Below, one piece after another: positions 23,901 through 38,900 of a DNA stretch of 64,000 nt. The translations under genes and the position numbers were made by a program. The stretch is from Eledone cirrhosa. Its lineage: Eukaryota. The stretch's first letter is position 1. Each line of letters begins with the position of its first letter. The notes below the pieces were generated by a model. It did not search any database and was not told the origin of the DNA. It saw only the letters and a program-made list of their open reading frames with translations. The stretch lies in assembly GCA_964016885.1 (NCBI GenBank), contig OZ024740.1, positions 442,246,001 to 442,310,000 on the forward strand, given 5' to 3'.

Positions 23901-26900
23901 CTGTGGGAAAGTTATACATAGCCTACTATTGTGGGAAAGTTATACACAGCCTACTACTGTGGGAAAGTTATACACAGCCTACTACTGTGGGAATGTTATA
24001 CACAGCCTGCTACTGTGGGAAAGTTATACACAGGCTACTATTGTGGGAAAGTTATACACAGCCTACTACTGTGGGAAAGTTATACACAGCCTACTACTGT
24101 GGGAAAGTTATACACAGCCTACTACTGTGGGAAAGTTATACACAGCCTACTACTGTGGGAAAGTTATACACAGGCTACTACTGTGGGAAAGTTATACACA
24201 GGCTACTACTGTGGGAAAGTTATACACAGCCTACTATTGTGGGAAAGTTATACATAGCCTACTATTGTGGGAAAGTTATACACAGCCTACTACTGTGGGA
24301 AAGTTATACACAGCCAACTACTGTGGGAAAGTTATACACAACCTACTACTGTGGGAAAGTTATACACAGCCTACTATTGTGGGAAAGTTATACACAGCCT
24401 ACTATTGTGGGAAAGTTATACACAGGCTACTACCGTGGGAAAGTTATACACAGCCTACTACTGTGGGAAAGTTATACACAGGCTACTACTGTGGGAAAGT
24501 TATACACAGGCTACTACTGCGGGAAAGTTATACACAGGCTACTATTGTGGGAAGGTTATACACAGGCTACTACTGTGGGAAAGTTATACACAGGCTACTA
24601 CTGTGGGAAAGTTATACACAGGCTACTACTGTGGGAAAGTTATACACAGGCTACTATTGTGGGAAAGTTATACACAGCCTACTATTGTGGGAAGGTTATA
24701 CACAGGCTACTACTGTGGGAAAGTTATACACAGGCTACTACTGTGGGAAAGTTATACACAGGCTACTATTGTGGGAAAGTTATACACAGGCTACTACCGT
24801 GGGAAAGTTATACACAGGCTACTATTGTGGGAAAGTTATACACAGCCTACTACTGTGGGAAAGTTATACACAGGCTACTACTGTGGGAAAGTTATACACA
24901 GCCTACTACTGTGGGAAAGTTATACACTGGCTACTACCGTGGGAAAGTTATACACAGGCTACTATTGTGGGAAAGTTATACACAGCCTACTACTGTGGGA
25001 AAGTTATACACAGGCTACCACCGTGGGAAAGTTATACACAGGCTACTATTGTGGGAAAGTTATACACAGCCTACTATTGTGGGAAAGTTATACACAGCCT
25101 ACTACTGTGGGAAAGTTATACATAGCCTACTACTGTGGGAAAGTTATACACAGCCTACTATTGTGGGAAAGTTATACACAGCCTACTATTGTGGGAAAGT
25201 TATACACAGCCTACTATTGTGGGAAAGTTATACATAGCCTACTACTGTGGGAAAGTTATACATAGCCTACTATTGTGGGAAAGTTATACACAGCCTACTA
25301 TTGTGGGAAAGTTATACACAGGCTACTACTGTGGGAAAGTTATACACAGCCTACTACTGTGGGAAAGTTATACACAGCCTACTACTGTGGGAAAGTTATA
25401 CACAGCCTACTACTGTGGGAAAGTTATACACAGGCTACTACTGTGGGAAAGTTATACACAGGCTACTATTGTGGGAAAGTTATACACAGCCTACTACTGT
25501 GGGAAAGTTATACACAGCCTACTACTGTGGGAAAGTTATACACAGCCTACTACTGTGGGAAAGTTATACATAGCCTACTATTGTGGGAAAGTTATACACA
25601 GGCTACTACTGTGGGAAAGTTATACACAGGCTACTATTGTGGGAAAGTTATACATAGCCTACTACTGTGGGAAAGTTATACACAGCCTACTACTGTGGGA
25701 AAGTTATACACAGGCTACTACCGTGGGAAAGTTATACACAGGCTACTATTGTGGGAAAGTTATACACAGCCTACTACTGTGGGAAAGTTATACACAGCCT
25801 ACTACTGTGGGAAAGTTATACACAGCCTACTACTGTGGGAAAGTTATACATAGCCTACTATTGTGGGAAAGTTATACACAGGCTACTACTGTGGGAAAGT
25901 TATACACAGGCTACTACTGTGGAAAAGTTATAAACAGGCTACTATTGTGGGAAAGTTATACACAGCCTACTACTGTGGGAAAGTTCTTCACAGCCTACTA
26001 CTGTGGGAAAGTAATACATAGTCTACTACTGTGGGAAAGTTATACACAGCCTACTATTGTGGGAAAGTTATACACAGCCTACTATTGTGGGAAAGTTATA
26101 CACAGGCTACTACTGTGGGAAAGTTATACACAGCCTACTATTGTGGGAGAGTTATACACAGCCTACTACTGTGGGAAAGTTATACACAGCCTACTACTGT
26201 GGGAAAGTTATACACAGCCTACTATTGTGGGAAAGTTATACACAGCCTACTACTGTGGGAAAGCTATAAACAGGCTACTACTTTGGGTAAGTAATACACA
26301 GCCTACTACTGCGGGAAAGTTATACACAGGCTACTACTGTGGGAAAGTTATACACAGGCAACTACTGTGGGAAAGTTATACACAGCCTACTATTGTGGGA
26401 AAGTTATACACAGCCTACTATTGTGGGAAACTTATACACAGGCTACTACTGTGGGAAAGTTATACACAGCCTACTACTGTGGGAAAGTTATACACAGCCT
26501 ACTACTGTGGGAAAGTTATACACAGGCTACTATTGTGGGAAAGTTATACATAGCCTACTACTGTGGGAAAGTTATACACAGCCTACTACTGTGGGAAAGT
26601 TATACACAGGCTACTACCGTGGGAAAGTTATACATAGCCTACTATTGTGGGAAAGTTATACACAGCCTACTACTGTGGGAAAGTTATACATAGCCTACTA
26701 TTGTGGGAAAGTTATACACAGCCTACTACTGTGGGAAAGTTATACACAGCCTACTACTGTGGGAATGTTATACACAGCCTGCTACTGTGGGAAAGTTATA
26801 CACAGGCTACTATTGTGGGAAAGTTATACACAGCCTACTACTGTGGGAAAGTTATACACAGCCTACTACTGTGGGAAAGTTATACACAGCCTACTACTGT

Positions 26901-29900
26901 GGGAAAGTTATACACAGCCTACTACTGTGGGAAAGTTATACACAGGCTACTACTGTGGGAAAGTTATACACAGGCTACTACTGTGGGAAAGTTATACACA
27001 GCCTACTATTGTGGGAAAGTTATACATAGCCTACTATTGTGGGAAAGTTATACACAGCCTACTACTGTGGGAAAGTTATACACAGCCTACTACTGTGGGA
27101 AAGTTATACACAACCTACTACTGTGGGAAAGTTATACACAGCCTACTATTGTGGGAAAGTTATACACAGCCTACTATTGTGGGAAAGTTATACACAGGCT
27201 ACTACCGTGGGAAAGTTATACACAGCCTACTACTGTGGGAAAGTTATACACAGGCTACTACTGTGGGAAAGTTATACACAGGCTACTACTGCGGGAAAGT
27301 TATACACAGGCTACTATTGTGGGAAGGTTATACACAGGCTACTACTGTGGGAAAGTTATACACAGGCTACTACTGTGGGAAAGTTATACACAGGCTACTA
27401 CTGTGGGAAAGTTATACACAGGCTACTATTGTGGGAAAGTTATACACAGCCTACTATTGTGGGAAGGTTATACACAGGCTACTACTGTGGGAAAGTTATA
27501 CACAGGCTACTACTGTGGGAAAGTTATACACAGGCTACTATTGTGGGAAAGTTATACACAGGCTACTACCGTGGGAAAGTTATACACAGGCTACTATTGT
27601 GGGAAAGTTATACACAGCCTACTACTGTGGGAAAGTTATACACAGGCTACTACTGTGGGAAAGTTATACACAGCCTACTACTGTGGGAAAGTTATACACT
27701 GGCTACTACCGTGGGAAAGTTATACACAGGCTACTATTGTGGGAAAGTTATACACAGCCTACTACTGTGGGAAAGTTATACACAGGCTACCACCGTGGGA
27801 AAGTTATACACAGGCTACTATTGTGGGAAAGTTATACACAGCCTACTATTGTGGGAAAGTTATACACAGCCTACTACTGTGGGAAAGTTATACATAGCCT
27901 ACTACTGTGGGAAAGTTATACACAGCCTACTATTGTGGGAAAGTTATACACAGCCTACTATTGTGGGAAAGTTATACACAGCCTACTATTGTGGGAAAGT
28001 TATACATAGCCTACTACTGTGGGAAAGTTATACATAGCCTACTATTGTGGGAAAGTTATACACAGCCTACTATTGTGGGAAAGTTATACACAGGCTACTA
28101 CTGTGGGAAAGTTATACACAGCCTACTACTGTGGGAAAGTTATACACAGCCTACTACTGTGGGAAAGTTATACACAGCCTACTACTGTGGGAAAGTTATA
28201 CACAGGCTACTACTGTGGGAAAGTTATACACAGGCTACTATTGTGGGAAAGTTATACACAGCCTACTACTGTGGGAAAGTTATACACAGCCTACTACTGT
28301 GGGAAAGTTATACACAGCCTACTACTGTGGGAAAGTTATACATAGCCTACTATTGTGGGAAAGTTATACACAGGCTACTACTGTGGGAAAGTTATACACA
28401 GGCTACTATTGTGGGAAAGTTATACATAGCCTACTACTGTGGGAAAGTTATACACAGCCTACTACTGTGGGAAAGTTATACACAGGCTACTACCGTGGGA
28501 AAGTTATACACAGGCTACTATTGTGGGAAAGTTATACACAGCCTACTACTGTGGGAAAGTTATACACAGCCTACTACTGTGGGAAAGTTATACACAGCCT
28601 ACTACTGTGGGAAAGTTATACATAGCCTACTATTGTGGGAAAGTTATACACAGGCTACTACTGTGGGAAAGTTATACACAGGCTACTACTGTGGAAAAGT
28701 TATAAACAGGCTACTATTGTGGGAAAGTTATACACAGCCTACTACTGTGGGAAAGTTCTTCACAGCCTACTACTGTGGGAAAGTAATACATAGTCTACTA
28801 CTGTGGGAAAGTTATACACAGCCTACTATTGTGGGAAAGTTATACACAGCCTACTATTGTGGGAAAGTTATACACAGGCTACTACTGTGGGAAAGTTATA
28901 CACAGCCTACTACTGTGGGAAAGTTATACACAGCCTACTATTGTGGGAAAGTTATACACAGCCTACTACTGTGGGAAAGCTATAAACAGGCTACTACTTT
29001 GGGTAAGTAATACACAGCCTACTACTGCGGGAAAGTTATACACAGGCTACTACTGTGGGAAAGTTATACACAGGCAACTACTGTGGGAAAGTTATACACA
29101 GCCTACTATTGTGGGAAAGTTATACACAGCCTACTATTGTGGGAAACTTATACACAGGCTACTACTGTGGGAAAGTTATACACAGCCTACTACTGTGGGA
29201 AAGTTATACACAGCCTACTACTGTGGGAAAGTTATACACAGGCTACTATTGTGGGAAAGTTATACATAGCCTACTACTGTGGGAAAGTTATACACAGCCT
29301 ACTACTGTGGGAAAGTTATACACAGGCTACTACCGTGGGAAAGTTATACACAGGCTACTATTGTGGGAAAGTTATACACAGCCTACTACTGTGGGAAAGT
29401 TATACACAGCCTACTACTGTGGGAAAGTTATACACAGCCTACTACTGTGGGAAAGTTATACATAGCCTACTATTGTGGGAAAGTTATACACAGCCTACTA
29501 CTGTGGGAAAGTTATACACAGGCTACTACTGTGGGAAAGTTATACATAGCCTATTATTGTGGGAAAGTTATACACAGCCTACTACTGTGGGAAAGTTATA
29601 CATAGCCTACTATTGTGGGAAAGTTATACACAGCCTACTACTGTGGGAAAGTTATACACAGCCTACTACTGTGGGAATGTTATACACAGCCTGCTACTGT
29701 GGGAAAGTTATACACAGGCTACTATTGTGGGAAAGTTATACACAGGCTACTACTGTGGAAAAGTTATAAACAGGCTACTATTGTGGGAAAGTTATACACA
29801 TCCTACTACTGTGGGAAAGTTATTCACAGCCTACTACTGTGGGAAAGTAATACATAGTCTACTACTGTGGGAAAGTTATACACAGCCTACTATTGTGGGA

Positions 29901-32900
29901 AAGTTATACACAGCCTACTATTGTGGGAAAGTTATACACAGGCTACTACTGTGGGAAAGTTATACACAGCCTACTATTGTGGGAGAGTTATACACAGCCT
30001 ACTACTGTGGGAAAGTTATACACAGCCTACTACTGTGGGAAAGTTATACACAGCCTACTATTGTGGGAAAGTTATACACAGCCTACTACTGTGGGAAAGC
30101 TATAAACAGGCTACTACTTTGGGTAAGTAATCCACAGCCCACTACTGCGGGAAAGTTATACACAGGCTACTACTGTGGGAAAGTTATACACAGGCAACTA
30201 CTGTGGGAAAGTTATACACAGCCTACTATTGTGGGAAAGTTATACACAGCCTACTATTGTGGGAAACTTATACACAGGCTACTACTGTGGGAAAGTTATA
30301 CACAGCCTACTACTGTGGGAAAGTTATACACAGCCTACTACTGTGGGAAAGTTATACACAGGCTACTATTGTGGGAAAGTTATACATAGCCTACTACTGT
30401 GGGAAAGTTATACACAGCCTACTACTGTGGGAAAGTTATACACAGGCTACTACCGTGGGAAAGTTATACACAGGCTACTATTGTGGGAAAGTTATACACA
30501 GCCTACTACTGTGGGAAAGTTATACACAGCCTACTACTGTGGGAAAGTTATACACAGCCTACTACTGTGGGAAAGTTATACATAGCCTACTATTGTGGGA
30601 AAGTTATACACAGGCTACTACTGTGGAAAAGTTATAAACAGGCTACTATTGTGGGAAAGTTATACACAGCCTACTACTGTGGGAAAGTTATTCACAGCCT
30701 ACTACTGTGGGAAAGTAATACATAGTCTACTACTGTGGGAAAGTTATACACAGCCTACTATTGTGGGAAAGTTATACACAGCCTACTATTGTGGGAAAGT
30801 TATACACAGGCTACTACTGTGGGAAAGTTATACACAGCCTACTATTGTGGGAGAGTTATACACAGCCTACTACTGTGGGAAAGTTATACACAGCCTACTA
30901 CTGTGGGAAAGTTATACACAGCCTACTATTGCGGGAAAGTTATACACAGCCTACTACTGTGGGAAAGCTATAAACAGGCTACTACTTTGGGTAAGTAATA
31001 CACAGCCTACTACTGCGGGAAAGTTATACACAGGCTACTACTGTGGGAAAGTTATACACAGGCAACTACTGTGGGAAAGTTATACACAGCCTACTATTGT
31101 GGGAAAGTTATACACAGCCTACTATTGTGGGAAACTTATACACAGGCTACTACTGTGGGAAAGTTATACACAGCCTACTACTGTGGGAAAGTTATACACA
31201 GCCTACTACTGTGGGAAAGTTATACACAGGCTACTATTGTGGGAAAGTTATACATAGCCTACTACTGTGGGAAAGTTATACACAGCCTACTACTGTGGGA
31301 AAGTTATACACAGGCTACTACCGTGGGAAAGTTATACATAGCCTACTATTGTGGGAAAGTTATACACAACCTACTACTGTGGGAAAGTTATACATAGCCT
31401 ACTATTGTGGGAAAGTTATACACAGCCTACTACTGTGGGAAAGTTATACACAGCCTACTACTGTGGGAATGTTATACACAGCCTGCTACTGTGGGAAAGT
31501 TATACACAGGCTACTATTGTGGGAAAGTTATACACAGCCTACTACTGTGGGAAAGTTATACACAGCCTACTACTGTGGGAAAGTTATACACAGCCTACTA
31601 CTGTGGGAAAGTTATACACAGCCTACTACTGTGGGAAAGTTATACACAGGCTACTACTGTGGGAAAGTTATACACAGGCTACTACTGTGGGAAAGTTATA
31701 CACAGCCTACTATTGTGGGAAAGTTATACATAGCCTACTATTGTGGGAAAGTTATACACAGCCTACTACTGTGGGAAAGTTATACACAGCCTACTACTGT
31801 GGGAAAGTTATACACAACCTACTACTGTGGGAAAGTTATACACAGCCTACTATTGTGGGAAAGTTATACACAGCCTACTATTGTGGGAAAGTTATACACA
31901 GGCTACTACCGTGGGAAAGTTATACACAGCCTACTACTGTGGGAAAGTTATACACAGGCTACTACTGTGGGAAAGTTATACACAGGCTACTACTGCGGGA
32001 AAGTTATACACAGGCTACTATTGTGGGAAGGTTATACACAGGCTACTACTGTGGGAAAGTTATACACAGGCTACTACTGTGGGAAAGTTATACACAGGCT
32101 ACTACTGTGGGAAAGTTATACACAGGCTACTATTGTGGGAAAGTTATACACAGCCTACTATTGTGGGAAGGTTATACACAGGCTACTACTGTGGGAAAGT
32201 TATACACAGGCTACTACTGTGGGAAAGTTATACACAGGCTACTATTGTGGGAAAGTTATACACAGGCTACTACCGTGGGAAAGTTATACACAGGCTACTA
32301 TTGTGGGAAAGTTATACACAGCCTACTACTGTGGGAAAGTTATACACAGGCTACTACTGTGGGAAAGTTATACACAGCCTACTACTGTGGGAAAGTTATA
32401 CACTGGCTACTACCGTGGGAAAGTTATACACAGGCTACTATTGTGGGAAAGTTATACACAGCCTACTACTGTGGGAAAGTTATACACAGGCTACTACCGT
32501 GGGAAAGTTATACACAGGCTACTATTGTGGGAAAGTTATACACAGCCTACTATTGTGGGAAAGTTATACACAGCCTACTACTGTGGGAAAGTTATACATA
32601 GCCTACTACTGTGGGAAAGTTATACACAGCCTACTATTGTGGGAAAGTTATACACAGCCTACTATTGTGGGAAAGTTATACACAGCCTACTATTGTGGGA
32701 AAGTTATACATAGCCTACTACTGTGGGAAAGTTATACATAGCCTACTATTGTGGGAAAGTTATACACAGCCTACTATTGTGGGAAAGTTATACACAGGCT
32801 ACTACTGTGGGAAAGTTATACACAGCCTACTACTGTGGGAAAGTTATACACAGCCTACTACTGTGGGAAAGTTATACACAGCCTACTACTGTGGGAAAGT

Positions 32901-35900
32901 TATACACAGGCTACTACTGTGGGAAAGTTATACACAGGCTACTATTGTGGGAAAGTTATACACAGCCTACTACTGTGGGAAAGTTATACACAGCCTACTA
33001 CTGTGGGAAAGTTATACACAGCCTACTACTGTGGGAAAGTTATACATAGCCTACTATTGTGGGAAAGTTATACACAGGCTACTACTGTGGGAAAGTTATA
33101 CACAGGCTACTATTGTGGGAAAGTTATACATAGCCTACTACTGTGGGAAAGTTATACACAGCCTACTACTGTGGGAAAGTTATACACAGGCTACTACCGT
33201 GGGAAAGTTATACACAGGCTACTATTGTGGGAAAGTTATACACAGCCTACTACTGTGGGAAAGTTATACACAGCCTACTACTGTGGGAAAGTTATACACA
33301 GCCTACTACTGTGGGAAAGTTATACATAGCCTACTATTGTGGGAAAGTTATACACAGGCTACTACTGTGGGAAAGTTATACACAGGCTACTACTGTGGAA
33401 AAGTTATAAACAGGCTACTATTGTGGGAAAGTTATACACAGCCTACTACTGTGGGAAAGTTATTCACAGCCTACTACTGTGGGAAAGTAATACATAGTCT
33501 ACTACTGTGGGAAAGTTATACACAGCCTACTATTGTGGGAAAGTTATACACAGCCTACTATTGTGGGAAAGTTATACACAGGCTACTACTGTGGGAAAGT
33601 TATACACAGCCTACTATTGTGGGAGAGTTATACACAGCCTACTACTGTGGGAAAGTTATACACAGCCTACTACTGTGGGAAAGTTATACACAGCCTACTA
33701 TTGTGGGAAAGTTATACACAGCCTACTACTGTGGGAAAGCTATAAACAGGCTACTACTTTGGGTAAGTAATACACAGCCTACTACTGCGGGAAAGTTATA
33801 CACAGGCTACTACTATGGGAAAGTTATACACAGGCAACTACTGTGGGAAAGTTATACACAGCCTACTATTGTGGGAAAGTTATACACAGCCTACTATTGT
33901 GGGAAACTTATACACAGGCTACTACTGTGGGAAAGTTATACACAGCCTACTACTGTGGGAAAGTTATACACAGCCTACTACTGTGGGAAAGTTATACACA
34001 GGCTACTATTGTGGGAAAGTTATACATAGCCTACTACTGTGGGAAAGTTATACACAGCCTACTACTGTGGGAAAGTTATACACAGGCTACTACCGTGGGA
34101 AAGTTATACACAGGCTACTATTGTGGGAAAGTTATACACAGCCTACTACTGTGGGAAAGTTATACACAGCCTACTACTGTGGGAAAGTTATACACAGCCT
34201 ACTACTGTGGGAAAGTTATACATAGCCTACTATTGTGGGAAAGTTATACACAGCCTACTACTGTGGGAAAGTTATACACAGGCTACTACTGTGGGAAAGT
34301 TATACATAGCCTACTATTGTGGGAAAGTTATACACAGCCTACTACTGTGGGAAAGTTATACATAGCCTACTATTGTGGGAAAGTTATACACAGCCTACTA
34401 CTGTGGGAAAGTTATACACAGCCTACTACTGTGGGAATGTTATACACAGCCTGCTACTGTGGGAAAGTTATACACAGGCTACTATTGTGGGAAAGTTATA
34501 CACAGCCTACTACTGTGGGAAAGTTATACACAGCCTACTACTGTGGGAAAGTTATACACAGCCTACTACTGTGGGAAAGTTATACACAGCCTACTACTGT
34601 GGGAAAGTTATACACAGGCTACTACTGTGGGAAAGTTATACACAGGCTACTATTGTGGGAAAGTTATACACAGCCTACTATTGTGGGAAAGTTATACATA
34701 GCCTACTATTGTGGGAAAGTTATACACAGCCTACTACTGTGGGAAAGTTATACACAGCCTACTACTGTGGGAAAGTTATACACAACCTACTACTGTGGGA
34801 AAGTTATACACAGCCTACTATTGTGGGAAAGTTATACACAGCCTACTATTGTGGGAAAGTTATACACAGGCTACTACCGTGGGAAAGTTATACACAGCCT
34901 ACTACTGTGGGAAAGTTATACACAGGCTACTACCGTGGGAAAGTTATACATAGCCTACTATTGTGGGAAAGTTATACACAGCCTACTACTGTGGGAAAGT
35001 TATACATAGCCTACTATTGTGGGAAAGTTATACACAGCCTACTACTGTGGGAAAGTTATACACAGCCTACTACTGTGGGAATGTTATACACAGCCTGCTA
35101 CTGTGGGAAAGTTATACACAGGCTACTATTGTGGGAAAGTTATACACAGCCTACTACTGTGGGAAAGTTATACACAGCCTACTACTGTGGGAAAGTTATA
35201 CACAGCCTACTACTGTGGGAAAGTTATACACAGCCTACTACTGTGGGAAAGTTATACACAGGCTACTACTGTGGGAAAGTTATACACAGGCTACTACTGT
35301 GGGAAAGTTATACACAGCCTACTATTGTGGGAAAGTTATACATAGCCTACTATTGTGGGAAAGTTATACACAGCCTACTACTGTGGGAAAGTTATACACA
35401 GCCTACTACTGTGGGAAAGTTATACACAACCTACTACTGTGGGAAAGTTATACACAGCCTACTATTGTGGGAAAGTTATACACAGCCTACTATTGTGGTA
35501 AAGTTATACACAGGCTACTACCGTGGGAAAGTTATACACAGCCTACTACTGTGGGAAAGTTATACACAGGCTACTACTGTGGGAAAGTTATACACAGGCT
35601 ACTACTGCGGGAAAGTTATACACAGGCTACTATTGTGGGAAGGTTATACACAGGCTACTACTGTGGGAAAGTTATACACAGGCTACTACTGTGGGAAAGT
35701 TATACACAGGCTACTACTGTGGGAAAGTTATACACAGGCTACTATTGTGGGAAAGTTATACACAGCCTACTATTGTGGGAAGGTTATACACAGGCTACTA
35801 CTGTGGGAAAGTTATACACAGGCTACTACTGTGGGAAAGTTATACACAGGCTACTATTGTGGGAAAGTTATACACAGGCTACTACCGTGGGAAAGTTATA

Positions 35901-38900
35901 CACAGGCTACTATTGTGGGAAAGTTATACACAGCCTACTACTGTGGGAAAGTTATACACAGGCTACTACTGTGGGAAAGTTATACACAGCCTACTACTGT
36001 GGGAAAGTTATACACTGGCTACTACCGTGGGAAAGTTATACACAGGCTACTATTGTGGGAAAGTTATACACAGCCTACTACTGTGGGAAAGTTATACACA
36101 GGCTACTACCGTGGGAAAGTTATACACAGGCTACTATTGTGGGAAAGTTATACACAGCCTACTATTGTGGGAAAGTTATACACAGCCTACTACTGTGGGA
36201 AAGTTATACATAGCCTACTACTGTGGGAAAGTTATACACAGCCTACTATTGTGGGAAAGTTATACACAGCCTACTATTGTGGGAAAGTTATACACAGCCT
36301 ACTATTGTGGGAAAGTTATACATAGCCTACTACTGTGGGAAAGTTATACATAGCCTACTATTGTGGGAAAGTTATACACAGCCTACTATTGTGGGAAAGT
36401 TATACACAGGCTACTACTGTGGGAAAGTTATACACAGCCTACTACTGTGGGAAAGTTATACACAGCCTACTACTGTGGGAAAGTTATACACAGCCTACTA
36501 CTGTGGGAAAGTTATACACAGGCTACTACTGTGGGAAAGTTATACACAGGCTACTATTGTGGGAAAGTTATACACAGCCTACTACTGTGGGAAAGTTATA
36601 CACAGCCTACTACTGTGGGAAAGTTATACACAGCCTACTACTGTGGGAAAGTTATACATAGCCTACTATTGTGGGAAAGTTATACACAGGCTACTACTGT
36701 GGGAAAGTTATACACAGGCTACTATTGTGGGAAAGTTATACATAGCCTACTACTGTGGGAAAGTTATACACAGCCTACTACTGTGGGAAAGTTATACACA
36801 GGCTACTACCGTGGGAAAGTTATACACAGGCTACTATTGTGGGAAAGTTATACACAGCCTACTACTGTGGGAAAGTTATACACAGCCTACTACTGTGGGA
36901 AAGTTATACACAGCCTACTACTGTGGGAAAGTTATACATAGCCTACTATTGTGGGAAAGTTATACACAGGCTACTACTGTGGGAAAGTTATACACAGGCT
37001 ACTACTGTGGAAAAGTTATAAACAGGCTACTATTGTGGGAAAGTTATACACAGCCTACTACTGTGGGAAAGTTATTCACAGCCTACTACTGTGGGAAAGT
37101 AATACATAGTCTACTACTGTGGGAAAGTTATACACAGCCTACTATTGTGGGAAAGTTATACACAGCCTACTATTGTGGGAAAGTTATACACAGGCTACTA
37201 CTGTGGGAAAGTTATACACAGCCTACTATTGTGGGAGAGTTATACACAGCCTACTACTGTGGGAAAGTTATACACAGCCTACTACTGTGGGAAAGTTATA
37301 CACAGCCTACTATTGTGGGAAAGTTATACACAGCCTACTACTGTGGGAAAGCTATAAACAGGCTACTACTTTGGGTAAGTAATACACAGCCTACTACTGC
37401 GGGAAAGTTATACACAGGCTACTACTATGGGAAAGTTATACACAGGCAACTACTGTGGGAAAGTTATACACAGCCTACTATTGTGGGAAAGTTATACACA
37501 GCCTACTATTGTGGGAAACTTATACACAGGCTACTACTGTGGGAAAGTTATACACAGCCTACTACTGTGGGAAAGTTATACACAGCCTACTACTGTGGGA
37601 AAGTTATACACAGGCTACTATTGTGGGAAAGTTATACATAGCCTACTACTGTGGGAAAGTTATACACAGCCTACTACTGTGGGAAAGTTATACACAGGCT
37701 ACTACCGTGGGAAAGTTATACACAGGCTACTATTGTGGGAAAGTTATACACAGCCTACTACTGTGGGAAAGTTATACACAGCCTACTACTGTGGGAAAGT
37801 TATACACAGCCTACTACTGTGGGAAAGTTATACATAGCCTACTATTGTGGGAAAGTTATACACAGCCTACTACTGTGGGAAAGTTATACACAGGCTACTA
37901 CTGTGGGAAAGTTATACACAGCCTACTATTGTGGGAAAGTTATACACAGCCTACTACTGTGGGAAAGTTATACATAGCCTACTATTGTGGGAAAGTTATA
38001 CACAGCCTACTACTGTGGGAAAGTTATACACAGCCTACTACTGTGGGAATGTTATACACAGCCTGCTACTGTGGGAAAGTTATACACAGGCTACTATTGT
38101 GGGAAAGTTATACACAGCCTACTACTGTGGGAAAGTTATACACAGCCTACTACTGTGGGAAAGTTATACACAGCCTACTACTGTGGGAAAGTTATACACA
38201 GCCTACTACTGTGGGAAAGTTATACACAGGCTACTACTGTGGGAAAGTTATACACAGGCTACTATTGTGGGAAAGTTATACACAGCCTACTATTGTGGGA
38301 AAGTTATACATAGCCTACTATTGTGGGAAAGTTATACACAGCCTACTACTGTGGGAAAGTTATACACAGCCTACTACTGTGGGAAAGTTATACACAACCT
38401 ACTACTGTGGGAAAGTTATACACAGCCTACTATTGTGGGAAAGTTATACACAGCCTACTATTGTGGGAAAGTTATACACAGGCTACTACCGTGGGAAAGT
38501 TATACACAGCCTACTACTGTGGGAAAGTTATACACAGGCTACTACTGTGGGAAAGTTATACACAGGCTACTACTGCGGGAAAGTTATACACAGGCTACTA
38601 TTGTGGGAAGGTTATACACAGGCTACTACTGTGGGAAAGTTACACACAGGCTACTACTGTGGGAAAGTTATACACAGGCTACTACTGTGGGAAAGTTATA
38701 CACAGGCTACTATTGTGGGAAAGTTATACACAGCCTACTATTGTGGGAAGGTTATACACAGGCTACTACTGTGGGAAAGTTATACACAGGCTACTACTGT
38801 GGGAAAGTTATACACAGGCTACTATTGTGGGAAAGTTATACACAGGCTACTACCGTGGGAAAGTTATACACAGGCTACTATTGTGGGAAAGTTATACATA